Source: Marsupella aquatica
Taxonomy: Eukaryota; Plantae; Marchantiophyta
Direction: 5' to 3'
NCBI GenBank assembly: GCA_973895155.1
Contig: OZ316894.1
Coordinates: forward strand, 27,075,422-27,139,421
Length of the DNA stretch: 64,000 nucleotides
Below the pieces are notes generated by a model, which was not told the DNA's origin, searched no databases, and saw only the letters and a list, made by a program, of their open reading frames with translations. The position numbers and the translations under genes are program-made. Below are positions 23,694 through 35,355 of the stretch, in pieces (position 1 is the first letter of the stretch; each line of letters starts with the position of its first letter).

Positions 23694-26600
23694 TTATGAG
23701 GTGGGCTTGATCGTGGACAATCTGCTCATGCCTATACCTTCGAGGTGCGCTCTGTGCAATCCGGCTGGTAGTGGTTTCGTAAACATGTCTGCTCGATTGT
23801 CCTGAGATTTGATCCATGCAACATTGATACTTTTCCCTTGTTGTTCTTGCGTGAAGAAATACTTGGGGTCAATATGCTTGGTCCTCTCGGTCTTCAGGAT
23901 TCCGTTGGTTATCTGGTCGATACACGCCTTATTGTCTTCGTAGATTGTGGTTGGCTCTGTTATCTGTGGTTTACCGGTGCTGGACCTAATATGATTGATA
24001 ATGCTTCGTAGCCATACAGCTTCTCTGCACGCCTCGTATAACGCTATGATTTCCGAGTGGTTGGATGACGTTGTGGTCATCGTTTGCTTTGAACTTCGCC
24101 AAGATATTGCTGTCGTCCCCTGTAAGAACACGTACCCAGTCTGTGATTTGGAGTCCTGGGGGTCCGACAGGTAGCCGGCATCAGTGTAACCGGTAAGCGT
24201 ATCGGGGCTATTCTTAGGAAAGAATAGTCCAAGGTCGATCGTCCCTTGTAGGTATCTCATGATCCTCTTGATGCCGTTCCAATGCCTGATGGTGGGCTGT
24301 GCGCTGTGTCTCGCTAAGAGACTGACGGCGAACGATATGTCAGGTCTCGTCTGGTTCGCTAGATACATAAGGGCGCCCACCGCTGATAGGTACGGTTTTT
24401 CTGATCCCAGTATGGGTTCGTCTTCTTGGCGCTTCCGAAACATATCTTTGATCGGGTCTAGAGATCTGAGTTCCATCGGGGTGGAGACAGGGTAGGATTT
24501 CTGCATGTTGAATTGATGAAGTATCTTCTGCGTGTATGTCGATTGGTAAAGGAATATGCCTGTTTCTAAGTGTTCGATCTGCAGGCCTAGGCAGTGGTTG
24601 GGTCTTCCAAGGTCCTTCATCTCGAAGACTCCTTTCAGTGTATGTATTGTGTCTTTCATCATCTGTTTAGTCCCGAATAAGTTCACATCGTCCACGTACA
24701 GTGCTAGTATCAGGACTTCGTCCATATGCTTTTTGATGAAGATGCAGGGGGCCAGTCCGCTATTTGTAAATCCGAGGGCGAGCATCTCTGTCTGGAATTT
24801 CTGATACCAGATTCTGCCGCTCTGTTTAAGTCCGTTGATGGAACGTAACACTTGGACTGTAAGTTTTGTTGTTAATTTCTTTCCTCTGGTATGCATTGCC
24901 TGTGTATTTCCACTTTGCATCAAGAGGGCCTTTGTATCCCCATCAGGTATTATTTGGCTGATGCCCTTTTTAATCTCTGTATTCAGGTTCTGGGACGTCT
25001 CCCCCTGAATGTGCTGCTTGACCCTCTCTATCAGTTCCGGGGGGGCAGTCATATATATCTCAGTATCGAGTGTGCCGTAAAGGTACGCGGTTACCACGTC
25101 CATAAGGTTATTAACCAGTTTATGGTGGACTGAATGTGCTGTGAGATAGCGATATGTAGTAGCGTCCATTACTGGTGAGTATGTTAAATCGTAGTCCCTG
25201 CCCGGGATTTGTGTGTAGCCTTTGGCTACTAGCCGGGCTCGATATCTTACTACTATGCCTTTCTCATTTCGTTTTTTCAAGAATGTAAATCGAGAGTCGG
25301 TGTAATGTGTACCTGGTAATGCCATTTTAAATGGTCCGAATACTTGTCGCTTGATGAGGGCGTCCATCTCGGTATGTATTGCTGCTTGCCACTTTGGCCA
25401 ATCTGGTTGTTTCTTTGCCTCGTTTATAGTGAGCGGATCAGGAATATCGTTGGTGATTTCCTGTATTACGTTATAGGCAAATTGTTCATCAATTTGGGTT
25501 GTCGGTCGTTTATATATGTTACCTGTTTGCATGTATGTGATTGACATTTCCTCGTTTTCTTCGCTCAGTGGGTCGTTTTGATTTATCGCTGTCACGTTAA
25601 GTGTGATCGCTGGTTCCAGCGCGGGTGTACCCAAGTTTGCTGCTGGAGTTTTACGTTGGCGAGGCTGGGAGTCCTTGATCCCTGGTGGTCTGCCTCGCTT
25701 TGCTCTGGGGGCTGTTACATTGGCCGGTGTCGAGGAGGTTTGTACTCGCGATGGCGCATTAGCTGCTAAGTTGTGGGATCTTGTGACATTTGCAGCGTCG
25801 TTAAATGAGTCTGGAATCTTTTCGAGCATTTCATGTAGGTGGAGAAGTCTTCTGACTTCTTCGTCTGCCTGCTTGGTTCTGGGGTCATTTCTGTTTTGGT
25901 CTGCTTTCCAATTTATGGGCATTTTCGTTGTGTCCTTGGATTGTGTTGATGCTGTATTCGTGAACTGTGGGAATTGATCTTCATAAAAATGGCAGTCCTG
26001 ATGTCTTGCCTTGAACAGGTCTGCCGTAGTCGGTTCAAGGTATCTAATGATCGAAGTAGAGTCAAACCCAACATAGATACCTGCATTCCGTTGGGGTCCG
26101 AGTTTTGTTCTCTTTGGTCCTAAGATAGGCACCATTACCTGGCATCCGAAAACGCGTAGGTGGGACAGGTCCGGTGGTATGCCGAACGCCAGGTGGTATG
26201 GTGTCTTAGAGTTATATGCTGACGGTCTATATTGGATTAGTGCAGCTGCGTGAAGGATGGCATGTCCCCATGCTGATGTGGGTAAGTTTGACTTCATTAA
26301 CAGTGGTCTTGCCACCATTTGAAGTCTCTTAATAACCGACTCAGCTATACCGTTCTGAAAATGAACGTGGGGAACTGGATATTGAGTATCGATGCCCGCT
26401 GCCCAGCAAAAGTCGTCGAATGTTCTTGATGTGAACTCGCCAGCTCCATCTACTCTTAATCTTCTTGTAGGATACTCTGGGAACTGTGCTCTTAATTTAA
26501 GAATATGTGCTAAGATCCGCGCAAATGCCAAGTTGCGGGTAGATAGCAATGAAATCTGCAGCCATTTAGTTGATGAGTCGATGATTACCAGGAAATATTT

Positions 26601-28421
26601 GAAAGGGCCGCTCGGGGGGTCTATAGGTCCGCAGGTATCTGCATTGATCTGCTCTAGGAACTGTGGTATTGAAAATATTGTTTTTGGTATTGATGGTCGT
26701 ATGGTCATTTTTCCTTGTGAGCACGCTATGCAGGCTGTTTTTACCTTTGGCTTGACTGTCTTGGGGATTCCTTTGGAGTCCCTTATAATCCTGTTGTACA
26801 TAGTGGTACCCGGGTGGCCCAGTCGACAGTGCCAGATGTATGTCATATCCTCTGATTCTTGGTGTATATGGAATGTTTGGATACTGGTTGCGTATAGGCC
26901 TGGGGGGATCAATGCAAATGTTTCTTTAATGGATGGTTTACCCTGTATGTCTTGTATGATCTGTAATGTCTCTGTTTTGCCCTGAGTATTCGTGCGCAGT
27001 TGGAGGTTATTGGATCTGATATCCTGGAAGCTGATGAGGTTTCGGGTTGCTTTCGGGGCATAAATTGCTGACTTCACGGTGATTTTAGTTCCTCCTGGTA
27101 GTATAAATGTGGCTCGTCCTTTGCCTTCTTCTATATGATTAAGTCCTGCTATGGTGGTGATAGCGCGGGATGATGGGGTGATGGCCTCGAAATACTTGCT
27201 GTGTTTTAAGATAGTATGTGAGGTTCCGCTGTCGATGATGCCCGTATCGGGGTCGTCTAATGTCGGGTATTTCCAGTCAGTAAGAGAGGTATGTACTTCT
27301 ATCTGTTCTTGTGTTTCTTCTCTCTGAGAGGCAATCAATTCTTCTTCTATCTCCATATAATGTCCTTGGGGGTTTTGTCTGGACTTATTTCTGTCGTTTA
27401 TGTATCTGTGGGCCTCTTGTTCTGTGGCTGCACATGCGTTTCTAATGTGGCCAATTTTGCCACATCGGTAACACATTTTCTGGGAATTGTTTGCAGTGTC
27501 GTATTGGTTGCTTCGTCCTCTTCCTCTATTATTCATGGTGCCTCTGCGCCACGTGTTATTGGATCCGGAGGGTCGGTTATAAGGTTTGCCTTGTCCTCTG
27601 AATTGATTTCTCCCGCCCCTGAATTGGTTTCTTCCGCCTCTGAATTGAGTTCGTCCGCCCCGGTAATTTCCTCGTTGTTTGTCTTCATAATTGGTGTAGT
27701 GGGTTTCAGGTCGATGTGGTGGGGGGTCTGATCCTGCTGGGCGCTTTCTGGCGTTTTGCAAGGCCACGATCTGTTGCTTCTCTTCCACAAGTAAGTGAGC
27801 AATCAGATCTGAGTACTTAGTGAAACGCATGTTCCTATATTGTGTACCTAATGTGATATTAGATTCAGGGAATGTCGATAGTGTCTTATCGATTCTATCT
27901 ATGTCATTTATTGGATGTCCACACATTTCTAATTGAGATGTAATTCTGCACAGTGCGCTATTGTAATTGGCAATTGTGGTGTGGTCCATGACGCGCAGGT
28001 TATGCCAATCCCTTCTTGCCTCTGGGAGCCATATCTCCCTCATATGATCAAATCGGGCTTTGAGGAGATCCCATAGTTTTCTTGGATTAATTTCGTTCAT
28101 ATACTCATTCTTTAGTTGAGGGGTTAGATGTTGCCTGAGTAGAAACGCTGCCTTAGCCTTTTGTTTGAGCGTGACATCGATGTCGGTATCTAAGGTGTCT
28201 TCAAGGTCTTGTGATGTAAAGTAAGTTTCGACATCTGTGATCCACGTCAAATAGTTGGATCCGTCGACTTTAAGTGCTGGCCATAATAATTTTTCGACTG
28301 TATTCATTATTCGGGATGTCAGTTGATTTAAGAACTTTGGTGAAGATTGAATCGAGTGAAGTATCTCGATTGTACAATTGACCGGTTGGAAGCTTGTATA
28401 TGGAGCTGAGGGAGCTTTCAA
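23694..28421 (-). CDS. Copia gag-pol polyprotein (Gag CCHC, protease, integrase, RT, RNase H)
   Basis: Uninterrupted 1575-aa ORF: CYRCGKIGHIRNAC, IIDSGTSHT, WHCRLGHPG..CIAC, DTCGP, VDGAGEF, QNGIAE, RARLVAKG, GLKQSG, YVDD, YTDA, YEDN, RTKHID, ADMFTK. Confidence 0.96.
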   Translation of the reverse strand: MKAPSAPYTSFQPVNCTIEILHSIQSSPKFLNQLTSRIMNTVEKLLWPALKVDGSNYLTWITDVETYFTSQDLEDTLDTDIDVTLKQKAKAAFLLRQHLTPQLKNEYMNEINPRKLWDLLKARFDHMREIWLPEARRDWHNLRVMDHTTIANYNSALCRITSQLEMCGHPINDIDRIDKTLSTFPESNITLGTQYRNMRFTKYSDLIAHLLVEEKQQIVALQNARKRPAGSDPPPHRPETHYTNYEDKQRGNYRGGRTQFRGGRNQFRGGRNQFRGQGKPYNRPSGSNNTWRRGTMNNRGRGRSNQYDTANNSQKMCYRCGKIGHIRNACAATEQEAHRYINDRNKSRQNPQGHYMEIEEELIASQREETQEQIEVHTSLTDWKYPTLDDPDTGIIDSGTSHTILKHSKYFEAITPSSRAITTIAGLNHIEEGKGRATFILPGGTKITVKSAIYAPKATRNLISFQDIRSNNLQLRTNTQGKTETLQIIQDIQGKPSIKETFALIPPGLYATSIQTFHIHQESEDMTYIWHCRLGHPGTTMYNRIIRDSKGIPKTVKPKVKTACIACSQGKMTIRPSIPKTIFSIPQFLEQINADTCGPIDPPSGPFKYFLVIIDSSTKWLQISLLSTRNLAFARILAHILKLRAQFPEYPTRRLRVDGAGEFTSRTFDDFCWAAGIDTQYPVPHVHFQNGIAESVIKRLQMVARPLLMKSNLPTSAWGHAILHAAALIQYRPSAYNSKTPYHLAFGIPPDLSHLRVFGCQVMVPILGPKRTKLGPQRNAGIYVGFDSTSIIRYLEPTTADLFKARHQDCHFYEDQFPQFTNTASTQSKDTTKMPINWKADQNRNDPRTKQADEEVRRLLHLHEMLEKIPDSFNDAANVTRSHNLAANAPSRVQTSSTPANVTAPRAKRGRPPGIKDSQPRQRKTPAANLGTPALEPAITLNVTAINQNDPLSEENEEMSITYMQTGNIYKRPTTQIDEQFAYNVIQEITNDIPDPLTINEAKKQPDWPKWQAAIHTEMDALIKRQVFGPFKMALPGTHYTDSRFTFLKKRNEKGIVVRYRARLVAKGYTQIPGRDYDLTYSPVMDATTYRYLTAHSVHHKLVNNLMDVVTAYLYGTLDTEIYMTAPPELIERVKQHIQGETSQNLNTEIKKGISQIIPDGDTKALLMQSGNTQAMHTRGKKLTTKLTVQVLRSINGLKQSGRIWYQKFQTEMLALGFTNSGLAPCIFIKKHMDEVLILALYVDDVNLFGTKQMMKDTIHTLKGVFEMKDLGRPNHCLGLQIEHLETGIFLYQSTYTQKILHQFNMQKSYPVSTPMELRSLDPIKDMFRKRQEDEPILGSEKPYLSAVGALMYLANQTRPDISFAVSLLARHSAQPTIRHWNGIKRIMRYLQGTIDLGLFFPKNSPDTLTGYTDAGYLSDPQDSKSQTGYVFLQGTTAISWRSSKQTMTTTSSNHSEIIALYEACREAVWLRSIINHIRSSTGKPQITEPTTIYEDNKACIDQITNGILKTERTKHIDPKYFFTQEQQGKSINVAWIKSQDNRADMFTKPLPAGLHRAHLEGIGMSRLSTIKPTS

Positions 28422-28654
28422 TCATGCCAATAAAGTATTAGTCCTTTGGACTCTCGATATGCTGGTCCCGAATTGATGCTCTATGTGAAATTTCGTGTTT
28501 TTGTAAAAAAAATTCAACTCTGAGGCAAAAGAATGGAGACCAAGAAAAAAAAACGGTTATGGCAGTTTCTAAAAAAAATGCCACTTTACGAGCATTCTCC
28601 TCGTGTAAAACTCGATTGCATCTGCTTGAAAAAAAAATGATTTTAGAGACTGGC

Positions 28655-28668
28655 TCGTGCTGATAACG
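28655..28668 (-). promoter_or_regulatory. Primer-binding site, half-tRNA type
   Basis: CGTTATCAGCACGA immediately follows the 5' LTR, instead of the usual TGG start. Confidence 0.7.
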
Positions 28669-28865
28669 TGTTGTAATAGACAACTAAAGGAACGCTCAAA
28701 GATACTCCAACAAGATAGATCCATTACTATTGATGAGGGGATATATATATCCCCTTGGTTACATGGTAGGCAAATGCCCTTATACTGGTCCTATGGTTAG
28801 GAGTTCTCATACTATGGTTAAGGGTTCTCGCCCTATGGTTAAGGGGTAAACTAGGGTTTACAACA
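28669..28865 (-). repeat. Copia 5' LTR
   Basis: Identical to 22993-23189; contains the palindrome aggggatatatatatcccct. Confidence 0.96.
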
Positions 28866-30720
28866 AATACAAAGTAAATCAATCCCTGCACCATTCTTCA
28901 AACGTCACTACTTCAGGAGCCCGGATAGCACTAAGGCCTTCTTCCCATACTCCCCTCGCATCAACTCTGCCCACCCACCCTCCCCGTCATTTTGGGTTTA
29001 GTTTAGGGTTCCGGGGTTTACCGTTTCCGGTTCAGGGTTTACCGTTTACGGTTTAGGGTTTACCGTAGTTCCGTGTTCTTCTTGCCCCGAACGCCCGAAA
29101 AAGACTGTCGTGCCATGAAAATACAAAGTAAATCAATCCCTGCACCATTCTTCAAACGTCACTACTTCAGGAGCCCGGATAGCACTAAGGCCTTCTTCCC
29201 ATACTCCCCTCTCGCATCAACTCTGCCCACCCACCCTCCCCGTCATTTTGGGTTTAGTTTAGGGTTCCGGGGTTTACCGTTTCCGGTTCAGGGTTTACCG
29301 TTTACGGTTTAGGGTTTACCGTAGTTCCGTGTTCTTCTTGCCCCGAACGCCCGAAAAAGACTGTCGTGCCATGAAAATACAAAGTAAATCAATCCCTGCA
29401 CCATTCTTCAAACGTCACTACTTCGGGAGCCCGGATAGCACTAAGGCCTTCTTCCCATACTCCCCTCGCATCAACTCTGCCCACCCACCCTCCCCGTCAT
29501 TTTGGGTTTAGTTTAGGGTTCCGGGGTTTACCGTTTCCGGTTCAGGGTTTACCGTTTACGGTTTAGGGTTTACCCTAGTTTCGTGTTCTTCTTGCCCTGA
29601 ACGCCCGAAAAAGACAGTCGTGCCATGAAAATACAAAGTAAATCAATCCCTGCACCATTCTTCAAACGTCACGGCTTCGGGAGCCCGGATAGCACTGCGG
29701 CCGTCTTCCCGTACTCCCCTCACACCAACTCTGCCTACCCTGCCATCTATCGCGTAGAGCCTCTCCATACGCTGCGGCCACTGTGGACTGCCTCACCTCT
29801 GCCTCTCCTGGAACTTCACTCACGGGATTCACCTCTTTCTGGCCAATTCCGTAACACTCAATCATTTCCCCGCCATCTAATTTTGCGACACCCGATTCCT
29901 GGCTTTACAGCAACCAGGACGTGTGACCCTAGACCCTCAACCCACGTTCACTCCATGGGCACAGCACTCGCCTTAGACAACACGAACGCCCTCCACAAAA
30001 CTATACTACCGTAGCACCTCCCCGCTGCACGACTATCGCGTAGAGCCTCTCCCTGTGTGGCTGGCCAGCACACACCCGCCCAAAGTTTAGGGTTTATTAG
30101 GGTTGCCCAAACCTGGAATTACCTCAAACTCCATTCATGGCAGAAAACCAGGGCACCCCTCAGCCTTCCCTCCCGGCTGTTAGGGTTTTGTGTTTACGTG
30201 TTGAGGGGTTTTCCTTAAACCCTTGCCTTCTTCCACTCCCCGCTGCATGACTATCGTGTAGAGCCTCTCCCTGTGCAGCTGGCCAGCACACACCCGCCCG
30301 GAGTTTGAGGTTTATTTGGGTTGCCCGAACCTGGAATTACCTCAAACTCCATTCATGGCAGAAAACCAGGGCACCCCTCAGCTTTCCCGGCGGTTAGGGT
30401 TCTGTGGTTACGTGTTTAGGGGTTTTCCCTAAACCCTTACCTTCTTCGTCATGGCTCCCTGCCCCGGCCTTGCACACACAAAGGGATAACTCCAATCCTG
30501 TCATTCTCGAAATGTCAACTCATGATCAGAACCCCGCATAGTGCAGCAATCTCATCACGAGCCCTGATGGTATCAATCCAGGGCACCACTCAGCCTTCCC
30601 TCCTGGCAGTTAGGATTTTGTGTTTACGGGTTAAGGGGTTTTCCCTAAACCTTTCCCTTCTTCGTTGTGGCTCCCTGCCACGGCCATGCAAAACATAAAG
30701 GGATGAACTCTGATGCATAC
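28866..30720. repeat. Satellite array, right part (~254-bp units), grading into degenerate ~220-bp related repeats
   Basis: Units continue exactly from the copia TSD to about 29740. Segments 30020-30235 and 30240-30450 are near-duplicates. Confidence 0.9.
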
Positions 30721-30751
30721 CATGAACAGGGATGCATACCACAAACCCTAA

Positions 30752-30792
30752 ACTTCTTTTGTGCAACGCACGGGTATTGAGCTTGATTCTAG
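30752..30792 (+). mobile_element. Helitron-type 3' terminus
   Basis: GTGCAACGCACGGG hairpin motif followed by CTAG|T. Confidence 0.6.
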
Positions 30793-33700
30793 TTCTAGTA
30801 ATAATAATAATGTTGCTCCCTCCCACCAACAAGGGAGGGAGCAACAAGCCCGCCTCCTCGCCACGGCGCCACACATATATGAGGAGGGAGGGAGCGGCTT
30901 TTAATAATAAAATATTATTATTAGGGTGGGAGAGGTCACCCCGCCCGGCGGCCCTGTGCGGCTGTGCTGACGACCGTGAGCTGCCCCACACGACCCCCTA
31001 TGTAGTATATATGAGGGGACCACCCCCTCTCAAACATCCAAGGTGACATGGTGTTGGAGAGTAATAAAGAAGGAAGTCCATTCGCCCCCAACCTCAAACC
31101 GTCAACTGATAAGGAGCCCGGATAGTGCAGCTGCCTTAGTTGCAAACTCTCATGGCATCATACCATGGCACCATTCACCCTTCTGGTATCCGTTCTTTGG
31201 CTCCGGCCCAACTGAACCCATGCCCTGCTCAACACCACACACCCCCCGGTTTTCAGGCTCTCTAGAGTCTTTGTGCAGACACCCTCAACTCTGAAGGTGC
31301 AGAAATAGCCCATAACTGTCCACTAACTGAAAAACAGCAACCATACACCTTAAACCTAAGCGGACTTTGTCCCTAAATTCAATTTTGACCCGGGATATGC
31401 GGCTCTCGTGTAGAGCCTCTGTTTTGTGCGGACCGGTACTTAAGGACTGATCCAAATAGTCGCAAAATGCAGTATTTTGTTTGTTTGGTGTTTTCAGTCC
31501 GAAGAGCACGGTGCACCGAAATGCCACCGGTGCACTCGTGGTGAGAAGCAGCTTATCCACTCGGCCAGGCAATGCAACCAAGCAGAGCGACTTTGCCATG
31601 CCGGCGTTTATAATCACCCACGCCATCCACCGACAAAAGAATGATTAAAGTGTTTGTAGCATCGACTATGCCAATAAGGTCACTTACCAGTCCAGCACCG
31701 GCGAGAGATGATCGCCATTCTGCTAGCTGCGATGGAGAAAGGGGACGTTTGCAGCCGCCATGGGAGTATAGGAACAAAGGTTCCATGGAGAGCACGGCAA
31801 GGATGGAGATGTTGGTGTACGAACAAAAGTTCCATCGGGATGAAGTTCAGTGCAAAGGACTCCGGCAGCAGCTGGAGGAGAAGAGTGCTTACACTTAATT
31901 GCCGCGCTTGCGGAGAGTGCATAGAGGAGAGATAAAGAAATGGAGAAGTGATTGAGGGAAGTACATAGCTGGCAACGAACTGGTCCAGCAATAACATTAA
32001 ATTAATATGTTCGGTACAAAGCTTGGGATATTCCAAGTACAGGTGTTAACTAAGGGCGGAGGCTGCCACTGCAGCCAATATACTAGCACAAGCGCTGGAA
32101 GACCCGATCAACGTAAGCGAAGAAAGTCCAACTGGTGAGCATTCTATTCCCGAAAGGGCTTCTTCGATCAGTCCAGCGGGTGGGCGTTCTGACGACGATC
32201 AATTGAAGCGGATGAGGCAATGGGGCTGGAGACCCTGCACATCATTCCATCGGGTGCAAGAATTAACAATAAACGCGCCATTCGACCAGGAAACCTTGAC
32301 CGGATTATGTATGTAATACCCCCGGTAATACCCCTTACAATCCAAAATATCGAGTACCCAAAGGCAAGTACCGGACTCACGCAATTTCCGTGTATTATTA
32401 ATTGGAATTAGAGATAGAACACCCTGCCAACCCTCAATTATACCTGACAGTTCTAGTACATGGAGATCATCGGTACCCGGATCGACGTTCCGAGGAGGCA
32501 CAATCATTCAGAAGTTCAATATAATAGCCCCGGACTCCATAGGAAAATAATCCAATCTAGTGGTACCCCTTGTGTTGGAAAGTTGAATTGGGGAAAATGA
32601 AAAGTCCGTGGGAAGTACGTACGCTGCCCCAAATGATCAACCTCTTTTTAATTATTTAAGCAGCAGAGTGGAATGCAACTAACGACATTGTGGCACGACA
32701 TGTACGTGGTCTTCAGTCCTTTCATTTTTACACCACCCACATATATCGCAGTATCCAGCAGTGGGTGGATGAGTTTTGTACATCTACCAGTCCTCCCCCA
32801 TGCTAATTAGACATGAAGCTTGGGAGTATTATGACAAATTGAAAAGGGATCGATCCTGCCGCTGGCTGTAGCCTGCCAAGGATCGGAGAGCTCACGCAAA
32901 CCGACGAGTTCTCCTTCAATCCGGAGGACGCAGAAAATTACGTGTGGGAAGAAGATCGAGAGCTTTTTTTTGAGGTCATGACTTCGACGTGCCGACAATG
33001 TAGTTAGATGGTTAGAAGCTAGTGTACAGAATTTTAGAGTGCTGGGAAGTGATTTTGGCCCAGCTCGCTAGCCTTGCTGTATGTGGACCGTACGTACGGT
33101 CACCTCCCCATGATTTCATTAATGTGTTCCAAGTTCTGTCCGGTGATAAGTACATGGCATATATATGACAATCAAGAAAGGCGTACCAACGGTTGGGGTA
33201 TTAATCGATATGGCACCACAATCCTGGGATTAGAGTACACACGCCCAGGCTAGACACGATTCGGACCGTCCCGCCGTTCCTTGATGAAATACGGCAGTGT
33301 GTTAGGGATGTCCACATATATATATGCGGCATCGGTGTTACTTAGTATAATGCCAAAGGACCCTCGATCGCCACATGAAATGCTACTGTTATTTACGCGA
33401 GCACATTGGTACAAACAGTGGACAAATGAGGAAGGGACGTCGAAGCGGATGTAGGCATGGATGGGGGAGAGATGAATTAGGGCCGGGCTTTACAGTTTGC
33501 TAATCTCGACAGAAGTTTCCAAAGAGAATCCGATGCTCAGATGGGAAAGTGAGCCAGCGTTAACCAAGGCGCAGCTCTAGGTCTGCCCCCCCCCACCCGC
33601 GACACCATTCATGATGAAATTCAGATCAAACGAGAATGAGAAGCGGGGACTTTTGAGGAATACTGGGAAGGAGATGTTCTCGGTGTTGGAGAAACCCCGG

Positions 33701-35184
33701 GTGAAATTAAACAAACGAGAGACGCCTTCTTGAGCAAAACGCATGGAGACGCCGCAGTGGGCGCGCGCAGCTGCATGCATTCAGAATTAACGCGAGGAAC
33801 ATACAGTTGGCTTCAATGCAGCTTTTGCAGCGCAATTTGGTCTCCCATTGATTGAGGCAGGCGAGCGTACAATAGTAGAGACAGCTGACCACACTTAAAA
33901 AAAAAGTTTATTAAAATGCTTGGAGAGGTAAGGAGTAGGTACATCTGTCAAAGTCGGGATTACCAGTAAATTCATCGTAATGGGTTAGATATTTTTTTCC
34001 CTCTTTCATAATCGATCCTTGTTGAATAGCTAACGAGGGTTGTGTTCGGAGACATCCTATTCGGACAGTTTATTCGGTGACGGTGACGGTGACACTAGCT
34101 AGGACAAGAATGCCAACGACTATGCATGCACAGATTGGGAAGCTGTTCGTCCCGAGATTCCGGTATTTTATATTTTCCACCGATATATTGCTGGTAAACC
34201 TTTGCGTTTCCGGAGAGCCTAACGACTGGGTTGTGTGTGTGAGATTTGGGAGCTCACTGACTGTCTGCATTTTGTCATAAAAATGCTTATAGCGTAACCT
34301 GGGCGCAGAAGGTGTGCCCTTGAAAAAGACGAGTTAAAGTATCATAGAGTTGTAGAATCGCGTCCTCATAGCCAAATACGACAGTCATGCATGAAGGGAG
34401 AAATCTTGTTCGGACAAAGTGTCCAGGCAACCTTCGATTGGTTGCTCCCTGTGCTCCACCTTTAAGTTCCTCCCCCCCCCCTCCATCCCTAATAGAATTG
34501 AAGGATTAAAGGAGACTCTGAATGTCTTGGATGTACATTCATTGAAGATGAAGCTGAGGGAGTTAATTCATTCAGGCGCGCGAGGGACATCGACAAGTTT
34601 ACGGTTTAACATCCCCAAGAGGTAGTACGTAGAATCTTGGAGTACACATGGAACGCAGGTAACGTGTGCGTCATAATAAAACTCATAGATTGGTCAATTC
34701 CCGCAGGTACTTGAACCATATATAGGGAGCCAATAATAGCAGCCAGACAAGCAGATTCCCCTCAATTGCTCGGTATCACACCAATGATATGCAACTATTA
34801 GACGTTGCCACTGCGACTGTAAGTTTTCGGTAAGTCGGGAGCAATAATTTCACAGGACCGATTAATATCATTTAGGGTTTTAGAGTACAGGACCCTAAAT
34901 CCTGATTGAACCCGGGATTGAACCCTAAAGCAAACCGATAATAAAACGTACCATTCACAACCAAAGGGCTTGGGGCACCAAATTACCCGAACATGACGGA
35001 AATTGGAAGCTCATGCAAGATGAAGAGCAGTATGTGGTGTAATGACATGTGATGGATGCTCCAGACGGATTTGTCGTTGTTGGACAACCGTTTGTCAGTA
35101 ATTAATAGTTTAGAGTGTGGACCGTCCTTGTGCAAAATCCAAATTAGCAACTTTCAATCGAGGAACATGTATGTGTAATATATG

Positions 35185-35355
35185 TAGTCCAGCCTGCCAT
35201 AGTCCATGCCCTGATTGATTTCAATCCAGGAACATATATATATATACACGTGTAATGTAGTTTAGCCATAGTCCATGGCTGCCCTGATTGAATTGAATCC
35301 AGGAACATATATGTGTCAGTAATATATTCCGGCCATAGTCCATGCCCTGATTGAT
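35185..35355. repeat. Degenerate ~70-bp repeat, 3 copies
   Basis: gccatagtccatg..ccctgattga recurs three times. Confidence 0.7.

Larger units (their letters stand above)
22993..28865 (-). mobile_element. Full-length young Ty1/copia LTR retrotransposon (Bianca-like), AATAC TSD
   Basis: Identical 197-bp LTRs at 22993-23189 and 28669-28865 (TGTTGTAA...TTACAACA). TSD AATAC at 22988-22992 and 28866-28870. PPT at 23190-23200; PBS at 28655-28668. Confidence 0.97.

Noticed and set aside
23396-23817. Extra ORFs at the copia 3' end
   Set aside because: Short, overlapping pol or the low-complexity 3' UTR, with no recognisable motif.
28655-28668. tRNA gene
   Set aside because: Only 14 nt of tRNA-like sequence, explained as the PBS; no cloverleaf.
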